In this document: one piece after another, positions 50,900-63,380 of the stretch
Layout of the letters: every line of letters starts with the position of its first letter
Position numbering within the stretch: the first letter of the stretch is position 1
Assembly (NCBI RefSeq): GCF_006345805.1
Contig: NC_043008.1
Span: forward strand, 68,510,001 to 68,574,000
Origin: Octopus sinensis
Lineage: Eukaryota
DNA: 64,000 nt
Direction: 5' to 3'
The notes under the pieces: model-generated
The model's input: only the letters and a program-made list of their open reading frames with translations
Told to the model about the DNA's origin: nothing
Database searches by the model: none
Position numbers and translations under genes: made by a program

Positions 50900-51930
50900 T
50901 CCATAGGTTGGATGTGTCTTCTTCACTAAAGCGTTCTTGCCACTGGTTCAAGACAGTTTCCCAACATTTTCCTGTGATTCACATTGTTGAGATTTGCGTT
51001 TGCCACTTTGCCCCATGTCTTCCTTGCTCTGTCTTCTGCAAGTTTATAATACCTGGACCACCTTGTTCTGTCATTCTTTCATATGCATCACATGTATGTT
51101 TGTACCAGTTCACACTTCTCCCTCACATGCTGCATCAGATTTCTCTTACATCTGCCTTTTCTCTCAACTTATCTTTGCTTTGTCCTTTATGTACACCAAC
51201 ATTACACATCCAGTGGTAAGGCAGCGAGCTGGCAGAAACGTTAGCATGGCGGGTGAAATGCTTTGCAGTATTTCATCTGCTGTTATGTTCCGAGTTCAAA
51301 TTCCACCGAGGTCGACTTTGCTTTCATCTTTTCGGGGTCGATTAAATAAGTACCAGTTACACACTGAGGTCAATATAATCGACTTAATCCGGTTGTCTGT
51401 CCTTGTTTGTTCTCTCTGTGTTTAGCCCCTTGTGGGTAGTAAAGAAATAGGTATTTCATCTGCCGTTACGTTCTGAGTTCAAATTCCACTGAGGTCGACT
51501 TTGCCTTTCATCCTTTTGGGGGTCAATAAATTAAGTACCAGTTACACACTGGGGTCGATGTAATTGACTTAATCCCTTTGTCTGTCCTTGTTTGTTTCCT
51601 CTATGTTTAACTCCTTGTGGGCAATAAAAAAATAAGTATCATTAGCACACTGGGAAAAATACTCAGCGGAATTTCATCCATCTTCACGTTCTGAGTTCAA
51701 ATTCCACTAGGGTTAACTTTGCTTTTCATCCTTTCAGGGTTGATAAAATAGGTACCAGTTGAATACTGGGGTTGATGTAATCGACTTCCTCTCGGAATTG
51801 ATGGCCTTGAGCCGAAATTTGAAACCAACATTACACATCTAGGGGAGCATTCTTTTCTTATTTTTCCAACCTTCGCAGTTACTGCATGTTCAGTACCATG
51901 GTTTCAACACCATGCATCATTACACTTCAT
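50900..51930 (-). mobile_element. Old RTE ORF2 remnant split by a SINE block
   Basis: SVMMHGVET...LRRLEK..RML.MCN on the right continues as WMCNVGVHKGQSKDKLREK on the left. Confidence 0.7.
51211..51823 (+). mobile_element. Composite of three SINE family 2 units within one 16-bp direct repeat
   Basis: accaacattacacatc at 51195-51210 and 51824-51839. Confidence 0.8.
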
Positions 51931-52074
51931 AAACAAGATACATAAAATCAGCCCTTCACTTTGAAAAAGAAGTTTTTCATTACCAGCTAAGATAAAAAGC
52001 TCACTGAATCTTTTTCCATCTGGTTCTGACTCCAGTTATCATGCCTTCAGATTACTACTATCAATCATAATGTT

Positions 52075-53880
52075 AATGAGGCAAGCTGGCCAGATCATTA
52101 GCACACAATGCAAAATGCTTAGTGACATTTCATTCATCTTTGCATTCTGAGTTCAAACTCCACCAAGGTCAACTTTGCTTTTCATCCTTCCAGGGTCATT
52201 AAAATAAGTTCCAGTTAAGTGCTGGGGTTGATGTTATTGACTTAGCCTCTCCTGGCTTCTCCTGCTGATGAAGTTACCTGGCTAGTGAAAGCTATCTTCT
52301 ATTTCTAGAGAGCTTTTTGGATATTTGGAAATGTCTACATCATGTGTATTCTTACTGCTAATTAATCTTCCCCTAAAATTGCTGGCCTTGTGCTAAAACT
52401 TTGAATCCTGCTAAAGTCAACTTTAGTTTTCATATTTTAGGGGATGGTATAAAGTACTGGTCATGTATTAGAGTTGACTTGTCCCCTTTCCTTGAAAATT
52501 GCTAGCCTAGCACCAAAATTAGAAAGAATTGTTAATATTATTATTATGGTATAAGGTGGTGGCCTTGTAGAATCGTTTGCATGCCAGGCAAAATGCTTTG
52601 CAGCATTTTGTTTGTCTTTATGTTCTGAGTTCAAATTCTGCTGAGGTCAACTTTGCCTCTTATCCTCTCAAGGGTCAACAAAAGAAGTACTAGTAGAGTA
52701 CTAGTAGAGTACTAGGATTGATGTAATTGGCTTACCCCTTCCGCCACCAAATTACTTGCCTTGTGCCAAAATTTGAAATCAATATTATTACTGTGGGTAA
52801 AGCAGTAGAATCGTTAGCACACTGGGAAAAATGGTCAGTGACATTTTGTCCATTTTTTGCATTCCGAGTTCAAATTCCACCAAGGTCGACTTTGCATTTC
52901 ATCCTTTTGGGATCAATGAAATAAAGTATCAGTTGAGTGTTGGGTCAATGTTATTGGCTTTATCCTCTTCCCTGAAATTGCTGGCCTTGTGCCAACATTT
53001 GAAATGAATATTACTACTATCAATTATAATGTTTAGGTGGCAAGCTGGCCAGACCATTAGCACACAGGGCAATATGTTTAGTAACATTTTGTCTATCTTT
53101 GCATTCTGAGTTCAAATTCTGCTGAAGTCAACTTTGCTTTTCATCCTTTCAGGGTCATTAAAATAAGTACCAGTTGAGTGCTGGGGGTCAATGTTATCAA
53201 CTTACCCCTCTCTCAAAAGTGCTGGCCTTGTGCCAAAATTTGAAACTTATATTATTATTATGGTTAAGGTTGTGCTGGGCAAAATGCTTAGTGGCTTTTC
53301 GTCTGTGACTACATTCTGAGTTCAAATTCCTCTGAGGTTGACGTTGCCGTTCATCCTTTCATCCTTTCGGGGTCAATAAAATAAGTACCAGTCAAGTACA
53401 GGGGTCGATGTAATCTACTAACCCCTACCCCAAAGCTGCTGGTCTTGTGCCAAAATATTATTATTATGACTAAGGTGGCAAGCTGGCAGAGTTGTTAGCA
53501 TACCAGGCAAAGTGCTTAGCAGCTTTTAATGTCTTTATGCTCTGAGTTCAAATTCCACCAAGGTCAGCTTTGCTTTTTATTCTTTCAGGGTTAATAAAAT
53601 AAGTACCAGTTGAGTCGATGTACTTGACTTACACCTCACCCAAAATTGCTGTCCCTGTATCAAAATTTTAAAGTAATTTTAATTATTATTGTTACAAACC
53701 GACAGAATCGCTAACATGCTGGACAAACAGCTCACCAGTATTTCTTTCAGCTTTACTTTCTGAGTACAAATGCTGCTGAAGTTGAGTTTACCTTTTATAT
53801 GTACCAGTTGAGCACTGGGGATCAATGTAATCAACTATTCACTCCCTTAAACTTGATGGGCTTTCTGCTAAAATTTTAAA
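52075..53880 (+). mobile_element. Head-to-tail array of ~8 diverged SINE family 2 copies
   Basis: Repeated gagttcaaattc...tttcatcc...aagtaccag...ggccttgtgccaaaatttgaa + attatta. Confidence 0.85.
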
Positions 53881-54020
53881 TCATGATGATGATGATGATG
53901 ATGATGACGTTTTATTTATTTTCTATTTTTTTAAATGAAGTTTCAATTCTGTTTTATATTCAACCTATAATAGGAATTTTCAGATCTTTATGACTTCAAT
54001 GAAATAAATACATAATAATA

Positions 54021-54058
<38 letters not shown>

Positions 54059-54137
54059 AATAATAATAATAATGACTCTCGTGGCTTCTTTATGACATCA
54101 ATGAAATAAATAGGTAATAATAATGATGATGATGATG

Positions 54138-54173
<36 letters not shown>

Positions 54174-54225
54174 TAATAATAATAATAATGATGATGATGA
54201 TGACTCTCGTGGCTTCTGATCTTAT

Positions 54226-54778
54226 GTCCTGATGCAGTACCAGGCAGTGGCTCTCGTGGCTTCTGATCTTAACTGATTGTAAGTGTTATCATGTACATTG
54301 TTTTGTCTTGGTATAAAAGATGGGCTACATCAAATATTCTGCTCAATACCACAGATTTGCTTGTCAGTTGTTTGACCTTAACCAGTTGAACATGTCCCTT
54401 AGTGGGTGATGATATGTGCATCTCTGGTCACGAGCAGAGGTAGTAGGGAGCATCATAGGCATGTGTTGAGAGGGATTCTTTGGGATTTGAATAATTCACC
54501 TCTAGAAACTTGGGTGTTTTGTTCAACATCCTTAAACAACCCTTATTCAGGGACCTTTTGAATGGGATGGGTTACTTGACCAGAAGAAAATTCTAACTGG
54601 GCCCCACCTTCAAGGTCATGCGCTGTTTATCTTGATATAAGATCACCATGTCGCACACATATGGTTGTGCTGCATGTGCCTAGTGTACCCTTATCAGACG
54701 GGTAGTCATGATGGGTATACTGGGCTTCATATATTTTACCCCAGTGTCACTTTGATGGCATGCTCTGCTCTCTCACTC
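54226..54778. mobile_element. 553-bp interspersed element embedded in (AAT)n, copy 1
   Basis: Colinear with 55686-56238; AAT/GAT triplets on both sides; no ORF. Confidence 0.8.
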
Positions 54779-54846
<68 letters not shown>

Positions 54847-54959
54847 TAATAATAACAACAACAACAACAATAATAATGATAATGATTTCTTTTATTGGCC
54901 ACAAGGGCCCAAGATATGGAGCACAATATTGAAGGAAGCAAAATAAAAACAAAAATACA

Positions 54960-55545
54960 AAAGCAAAAGTGCAAACAAACAACTGGTGGGGTTTATATTG
55001 ATCAAAGGGAAATACTACCACATTTAAGCATATAACAGTGGATATATAACAGAAATTAGAGAAATAAATAATAAATAATAAATAGAATCCCCAATAGCAG
55101 GGCAGTCCACTTAGGGCAATCTGGGGTAAACCCCCACACAAAAGTCCTAGATTACTCAGCCATCCCCAAGGCATCCAGTTTCTTTCCTCCTGCTTAGAAA
55201 AGCATATTCAGAATAGATCCATTCAGCCTCACCAGTCTTGCTACTGTCGACCACCGTTTGATAAACACACTGGAAGACATCTTCCTCTCTGCCCTCATTT
55301 TTCTCTTCAAATGATATTTGAAGAAATTGATGAGGGCTTGGTCAGATAGGAAAGTGCCTGTTTTCAAACCTTTCAGAAAAATCTATCACACAGCCTCTTT
55401 TGTGACAGCCACTAAGCAGAGAAAGACCTGCCTTCCTTCTCTGCTAAGGGAAGGTGGCAAATTGATCTTCACTATACAATCGGTAGACAGCTGAATTAAT
55501 CTTACACACAACAGCTCCACACAATCCCAGAACTCCCTAATGCAT
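54960..55545 (-). mobile_element. Tx1/L1-like LINE 3' remnant
   Basis: FLCLVAVTKEAV..FLKGLKTGTFLSDQALINFFKYHLKRKMRAER...FIKRW. Clade assignment from recall. Confidence 0.5.
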
Positions 55546-55554
55546 AATAAAAAT

Positions 55555-55680
<126 letters not shown>

Positions 55681-55685
55681 TAAAT

Positions 55686-56238
55686 GCCCTGATGCAGTAC
55701 CAGGCAGTGGCTCTCATGGCTTCTGATCTTAACTGATTGGAAGTGTTATCATGTACATTGTTTTGTCTGGTATAAAAGATGGGCTACAGCAAATATTCTG
55801 CTCAATACCACAGATTTGCTTGTCAGTTGTTTGACCTTAACCAGTTGAGCATGTCCCTTAGTGGCTGACGTTATGTGCATCTCTGATCACGAGCAGAAGT
55901 AGTGGGGGAGCATCATAGCCATGTGTTGAGAGGGATTGTTGGGGGTTTGAATAATTCACCTCTGGAAACATGGGTGGTTCTTTCAACATCCTTAAACAAC
56001 CCTTATTCAGGGACCTTTTGAGCGGGATGGGCTACTCAACCTGAAGAAAATTCTAACTGGGCCCCACCTTCAAGGTCATGTGCTGTTTATCATGATATGA
56101 GATCACCATGTCGCGCACATATGGTTGTGATGCATGTACCTGGTGTACCTTTATCAGACGGGTAGTCATGATGGGTATATTGGGCTTTGTATATTTTACC
56201 CCAGTGTCACTTTGATGGCATGCACTGCTCTCTCACTC
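55686..56238. mobile_element. 553-bp interspersed element embedded in (AAT)n, copy 2
   Basis: gccctgatgcagtaccaggc...ctctctcactc, flanked by long (AAT)n. Confidence 0.8.
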
Positions 56239-56329
56239 AATAATGATAATAATAATAATAATGATAATACCAACAACAACAACAACAATAAAAATAAAAA
56301 TGAAAATAATAATAATAATAATGATGATG

Positions 56330-56387
<58 letters not shown>

Positions 56388-56764
56388 CAACAATAACAAC
56401 AATAAAAAAAAATAATAATGGTTTCAAATTTTGCCACAACGGCAGCCATTTTAGGGGAGGGGATAAGTCAATTACCTCAACCCTGATGTTTCACTGGTAC
56501 TTAATTTATTGACCCTCAGAAGGATGAAAGGCAAAGCCGACCTTGGTAGAATTTGAAATACAATAACAATAATAGTAATAGTAATAATTCATTTTTATTA
56601 TTTTTGCTTTTTATAGCAAAAATAAAACTCTACAACAAACCATAATTTGGGGAAATAAAATACAAACTTTGTTGTGAATATGTTAAAATCTTTAACCTCT
56701 ATTAACCATTCTTTTCATATTGAAATTAATCAATAAATATTTGATGATGACTACCAACAAAGCT

Positions 56765-57000
56765 ATAAGGCGGCGAGGTGGCAGAAACATTAGCAAGCCG
56801 GGTGAAATGTTTAGTGGTATTTCGTCTGTCTTTATGTTCTGAGTTCAAATTCTGCTGAGGTCGAATTTGCCTTTCATCCTTTCGAGGTCGATAAATTAAG
56901 TACCAGTTTCGTATTGGGGTTGATGTAATCCACTTAATTCCTTTGTCTGTCCTTGTTTGTCCCCCTCTATGTTTAGCCCCTTGTGGGCAATAAAGAAACA
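56765..57000 (+). mobile_element. SINE family 2, full length
   Basis: As 19317. Confidence 0.85.
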
Positions 57001-58143
57001 AGGCTACCAAGTAAGCAAGCAAGCAAGCAGCCAACCAACCAACCAACCAACCAACCAACCAGCCAGCCATCCCTTCATTTGATGCTTTGTTTCTAATTAA
57101 TTGTCATGTGGCCCTCAAAAACTAAGAGTTAAAGCAATTGAAATAATAAAAAAAGCAACAAAACCCAAAACAATCAAAATATCCTGTCCCTTCCTACAAC
57201 CAACCAGTCACCAATGCTGCTGATTTTTCAGAATCCTCATAAAAATAAGATTATTTGTGTTTCTTTTGACTGAAATATATTTAACGTCAGACATAATCTT
57301 GCGATGTTCCTTTTTAATGATTTCATGTCAATATTTTCACATTTCTGATTCGTACATTTTATTGATGTCAACTAATTTGGTTTGAGAAAAGTAGACGAGA
57401 AATGATGATGATAATTCTACAATACATACAGACACACAGACACACAAACACACAGACACAAACACACATACACACATAAATACATACATACACGCCTATA
57501 TATACATATATGTATATATGTGTATGTAAGTATATATCTATACCTATCTATCTATATATATATATATTATATATATATATATATATATATGAGGGAGATT
57601 ATATATACACATATACTCTAACCATGTTCATCATTCTCTGCATTTCTATCTACTTCTCTGCCACTCTCCTTTCATACACCCTTGATTCTACCCACCTTGC
57701 CTTCATTGATTGTCTGTCTTTATTCTCTCTTTATCCACCTTCCTGTACATTGAAGATATACCCTAACATGTCAGCTCCACCATTCTTTCTCCCTTTCTAG
57801 CTGATGTAGCAATGTATCTCCACTTGAGTATGACAACTGTTCTGCTATCACACTTCTCAACACCTGACACCAAGCCACTTACCTTAATAATGTATCATTA
57901 CTCTGTCAAGAGGCATTGTCTTGCAAAGTTACTTGATGATCTCACTGGTGCCAGTGTCATGAGAAAAGTACCCAACAGACACTGTAAACTAGTTGGCATC
58001 AGGAAGGTTATCCAGCCATTGAAACAATGCCAAAGCTGATATTAGAGCTCAATGCAGCCCTCCATCTTATTGGATCCTGTCAAATCATCCAACCTATCCT
58101 GACATGGAATACAGACATTAAATGAAGTCGATATGCTTTGTTT

Positions 58144-58178
<35 letters not shown>

Positions 58179-58182
<4 letters not shown>

Positions 58183-59075
58183 GGTATGTAGAAAAATACA
58201 ACATGGACAAGAACGTATAACTCTTAGAAGACGATACAATAAACACGGACAGGACATTCGAAACCCTCAGTCTTCAATCAAGAACCGGATCATCGTAGTA
58301 ATTTCGGCTGATTAATCTTGAGATTACTAGATCACGGCCAGCCCTCCAAGAAAAACTAAGCAACGAGCATTAGAAAAACTAAGCTGGGAGCGTAGATTTC
58401 CTGGAAGAAGGATCGAATGCATACGGACACCAGGACAGCAAAAGGGACGAATATAAAAAAACAAAAAAATAATGGAATACAGAAACATGAAATACAGAAG
58501 CATTAACGGTGACAACAACAACAAGTGTCTTACGACTGATAACAAGCAAACAAATTTTTTCTCTGGCGCAAGGAAAGGAGACTTATCGGCGATGCCTATA
58601 GCGGCGGACGAAAAACAACGATGTTAACACGACGCTGGTCAGAAGCTGAAAGGCAGATTTCGGCCAGCAGTCACGTGACAGAGAAGAGAGAAAAGAAAAG
58701 AAAGAGAAGCAACGGAAGAGAGAGAGAGAGAGGAGAGAGAGAGAGGAGGGACAAACGCGACAAAGAGCGAGAAGAGAGAGAAAGAAGGAATCAGAGAGGA
58801 GAAGGGATGGGTGTCGAAGAGCGACCTGTGAGTGCAGAGCGAGACAAAGAAATAGGAGGGTAGTGGAAGATTAGACCAAAGAATCAGAGGAAAGAGAAGA
58901 GAAAAAGAGGATGAGTAGAGAGAGAAGGGGACAGATCAAGTAAAAGTGAGAGAGAGAGAAAGACAAACAAAGAGTCGTACCAGTTATTAAGAATATGTGC
59001 TCACATTAATGTTAAGAGGGTACGTGGCGCCTGGAATATATGTTAAGGTATGTAGAAAAATACAACATGGACAAG

Positions 59076-59076
<1 letters not shown>
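58179..59076 (-). mobile_element. ~900-bp non-coding element with a 34-bp terminal direct repeat, in (TA)n (Penelope-like, inferred)
   Basis: ttaaggtatgtagaaaaatacaacatggacaaga at 58179-58212 and 59043-59076; CpG-rich. Strand inferred. Confidence 0.6.
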
Positions 59077-59146
<70 letters not shown>

Positions 59147-59321
59147 TTATCATAAGGGCACACAAAGAGCCTGCTTGCTAGAAAGAGGAGTTAAAACCTT
59201 AAGTTAAACCACTAATAACACTGAAAAATTCAACAGAAAAACAACAGTAGTTGGGCAAATGGGTTAAAGCATTTTAACATACTAATACAGCTCAATGCTA
59301 TATATTCTGGTATTTGGATAC

Positions 59322-59375
59322 ACTTGAACCATGGTTTTTAGTTCTGGCGAAAAGTCTTAACCTTCATCAGCAAGT
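59322..59375 (-). ncRNA. Degenerate hammerhead-like fold (G12 lost)
   Basis: Minus strand ACTTG-CTGATGA-AGGTT...AACT-AAAA-ACCATGGT-T-CAAGT. Confidence 0.4.
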
Positions 59376-59776
59376 TTTATCAAGTGAAAAGATTTCAACT
59401 TGTCACATTGAAGTCTGTCAGTGCTGTGAATTGTTTTGTGTCAAAATCAGAACAGTTTCAGTGTAAGTATACTAATAAGAAGTAAATATTCAGAAGTGAA
59501 TATTCATATAGATATTATTATTGTTATTATTATCTGCAGTCAATAAAAATAGTTGGGTGGTTGTAGGTCTTAATGGTTTATAAATGATTATAAATTCTAT
59601 CCAAGGATTATTGTTATTATTATTATATTTATCCTACATTATATCGCTACAACTTGATGAAAACCCCAAAAACTGTTTCACTAGTCAACGGCATTAGATG
59701 GTGGCTGGCACAATGGAATAGGAGCTTTATTTGCATATTCAGAATGTTTCCCATAACCAAATTTAAATGATATATA

Positions 59777-60186
59777 GGTTTAGGAGTGACTGTGTGGTAA
59801 GTAGCTTGCTTACCAACCACATGGTTCCGGGTTCAGTCCCACAGCATTGCACCTTGGGCAAGTGTCTTCTACTATAGCCTCGGGCTGACCAAAGCCTTGT
59901 GAGTGGATTTGGTAGACGGAAACTGAAAGAAGCCCGTCATATATATGTATATATATATATATATCTGTATGCATGTGTATATGCTTGTGTGTCCATGTTT
60001 GTCCCCCCAACATTGCTTGACAACTGATGCTGGTGTGTTTACGTCCCCGTAACTTAGCAGTTCGGCAAAACAGACCAATAGAATAAGTACTAGGCTTACA
60101 AAGAATAAGTCCTGGGGTCGATTTGCTCGACTAAAGCCCGTGCTCCAGCATGGCCACAGTCAAAATGACTGAAACAAGTAAAAGAG
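59777..60186 (+). mobile_element. SINE family 1, full length
   Basis: As the other copies. Confidence 0.9.
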
Positions 60187-60356
60187 TATTTATTTATTTT
60201 TTTACAGGTATGGTGATGCAAACAGGAAAAATAATGTGTTAAGTGCCAATGCATGGAACTCTCAGCATATATATATATGAACGGGTCATCTGAGGTGTTA
60301 AGTCGCCAAAAGGGTATGTTCCTACTTTCAGTGTTTCCAAATCCAAATTAAGAAAT

Positions 60357-60425
60357 TTTGGGCTGATGAAAGAAATGTCGAATTTTATTTGGCTGATCTA
60401 GAAACGTAACGTTCTCAAATAATCT
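60357..60425 (+). ncRNA. Type I hammerhead ribozyme-like fold
   Basis: TTTGGG-CTGATGA-aAGA..GTCGAA(TTTTA)TTTGGC..TCTa-GAAA-CGT(A)ACG-TT-CTCAAA. Confidence 0.7.
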
Positions 60426-60702
60426 TTGCACTTGTGATTTTTTAATGTTTTTTACCCTCATACCTTCGTGGGTTATTCTGAGTAAACACTATCTGAGAGA
60501 AATTTTCTTTAAGTATTAGAAATAGCTAAAAAAACTTTTTTTGGCTGCTATTTCTAATGAGTTCAGTATGTGGCAAAGTAATTTTCTTTACTAAGCCCTT
60601 TTATATAATGTAATATTTTGAATTCGCCTTAAATGGTCCTTTTACATACTGAATACTTGGTGAAATTGATTAATAACTAATTAATTTTACCCTCAATTGT
60701 TG

Positions 60703-60758
<56 letters not shown>

Positions 60759-61200
60759 TATGCATATGTATATATCTATATTTATCTAGATATATATATT
60801 AGTAATAATTATAATAATAGAAAATTTGGAGACAGGTACATCCTTGAAATTTATTTCCTTTATATATATATAAAGACCCACAATGATCACTGCCACCACC
60901 ATGATGACGATGATGAAACCAGCAGCAGCAGCAGCAGCCGTTCAAGAATTTGGACCTGGAGATCTCCATTTCCAGCGACTTCGAGGGCCATCTCCCAGTG
61001 GTGTTGGGTGTCAATGAAGAGCCCTCGACTACAACAAGGCGACCAAAGTTTTTTTTCCCAAGGTCTGGGGTCTCCCGCCCCTAAGCCCTAGACAATCACC
61101 TAATCACCCTTACCCGTCTTCTTGCTTAACAACAACAGCAGCAACAGCAGCAACAGCACCACCGACAACAACACCAACACCAACCTCATTAACATACCTA

Positions 61201-61608
61201 GGTGCAGGAGTGGCTGTGTGTTAATTAGCTTGCTTACCAACCACATGGTTCTGAGTTCATTCCCACTGCGTGGCACCTTGGGCAAGTGTCTTCTACTATA
61301 GCCTCAGGCCGACCAAAGCCTTGTGAGTGGATTTGGTAGACGGAAACTGAAAGAAGCCTGTCGTATATATGTATATATATATATGTATGTGTGTGTGTGT
61401 GTTTATGTGTTTGTATTTGTCCCCCCCACCCAACATCACTTGACAACTGATGCTGGTGTGCTTACATCCTCATAACCTAGCGGTTCGGCAAAAGAGACCG
61501 ATAGAATAAGTACTAGGCTTACAAAGAATAAGTCCTGGGGTCAATTTGCTCGACTAAAGGCAGTGCTCCAGCATGGCCACAGTCAAATGACTGAAACAAG
61601 TAAAAGAG
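61201..61608 (+). mobile_element. SINE family 1, full length
   Basis: As the other copies. Confidence 0.9.
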
Positions 61609-62839
61609 TATACTTCTTTAAATACCACTATTCATTGCTACCATACCATCACAACCACTGTTAGTACTATGATAATAGCAGCACCACCATCTTCACAATT
61701 ACCACCAACACCACTACCACCACCACCACCACCACCACCACCACCACCATCACTACTACCACCACCACCAACCACAACAACAACACCACTACCACCACGA
61801 TCAACACCACAACTACCATTACCACCACCACCACCACCACCATCACTACTACCACCACCACTACCACCACTGTTACCACCAAAACAACTTCACATCTATC
61901 ATAACCATTGTCATGAACACCATCACCTCTGTCAATGATATCATTACTGCTACTATTATCTCCACCAGCCTTTTCACAGTCCCATCAACATCACCACCAC
62001 CACCACCACCACCACCACCACCACCACCACCACCACCACACCACCAACACCACCACCAACACCGCTGCCACCATCGCCATCATTAATGTCAAACTAGATA
62101 TTCATAGACATATACAACACACACATACACACACACACATACTGATGCACACAGACACAATCACATGAAGACATACAGAAACAAAGAGGCAGCCAGACAG
62201 CCAGACAGCCAGACAGCCAGACAGCCAGACAGTCAGACACACGTAAGAAGACACACAGACATCCACTTCTACCCCTCCCCCCCACACACGAATAAAGTAA
62301 TATATTCACAGACAGAATTACACATAAAGACACGATCAAAGAAGGAATCAATAGGCCAGTTGAAAGCTCGCAACCAATACTGCACCTTCAGCATCAAACA
62401 ATGCAGAAATAACAATGCACGTATGCAAATTAAGACAAAATACGTCCAATGCACTTAAATGATATAAGTGCACAGCTGTCCTTGTGACATATCCTCATTG
62501 TGTTTGGTCACAATGTCAGTACTTTTAGCCACAACATTTATATATTAGATTATAAAAACAATTAATAGTGACATTCATATATTTTATTTTATTGATCACT
62601 GTTAAGATGAAAGGCAGAAATGGTACACTGTTTGGTTTTAAACTTTGTTTAGTTAAAAGCAGTTAAACACCCTACTACATGTAAATACACACACACACAC
62701 ACATTATTTATGTCTCAATTTGAAATTTAACACAGTTTTACACACACACACACACACACGCACACACACACACACACCACACACATTTGTGATGGCTTCT
62801 GGTAAGCAGTGTCAATTTTTAAAATTCTGTAAATAATAA

Positions 62840-63066
62840 TATTTCATAAGCTTAAAGCTTATAAGCGATCACCATGCAATAACTACAGAAAATAGTCTAA
62901 TATTGGGGGTGTATAAGCTTGTCATGAAAACAAAGAGCACTGGATTCAAGTCCCATGCATACAGGACACCCACTTTTTTCTGTTAAGAGCTTATATGCCC
63001 CAATATTAGATTATTTTCTTTAGTCATTGCACGGTGATCGCTTATAAGCTTTAAGCTTATGAAATA
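62840..63066. mobile_element. MITE-like hairpin element, ~82-bp arms
   Basis: 62840-62921 vs 62985-63066 inverted, a few mismatches. Confidence 0.75.
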
Positions 63067-63068
63067 TG

Positions 63069-63140
<72 letters not shown>

Positions 63141-63152
<12 letters not shown>

Positions 63153-63380
63153 AATCTGTTCTGTGTGTGTGTGTGTGTGTCTTCTAGGATCTCGGGCATC
63201 CTCCACCCGATTGCGCTCAAATTTGATATGTAGATACCGACGGTATCAGGGCGTGTATAAGTCTTGAAAAAATTACAAAAATCGATTCCAGGTGAGAATG
63301 CGATCGATAAAGCCGTGGGAACGTGCATTTTTACGCGCAAGTACATCAAGAATGTGGTTTACAAGGCTGCGCTCCACTAG
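63141..63380 (+). mobile_element. Possible non-autonomous Helitron/DINE-like element
   Basis: atatatataaaatctg start, (TG)n, ccgattgcgctcaaatttgatatgtag, CTAG at 63377-63380. No clear 3' hairpin. Confidence 0.35.

Noticed and set aside
55686-55915. U2-like (cctg-atgcagta-ccagg) and U1-like (tgatcacga, gtagtggggga) words, and an HDV-like pseudoknot, in the AAT element
   Set aside because: Matches are only 9-12 nt and not colinear with an snRNA; the pseudoknot lacks P1.1/P4 and the catalytic C.
59777-59860. tRNA genes at SINE heads
   Set aside because: They have A/B boxes but no complete cloverleaf, and continue into SINE bodies.
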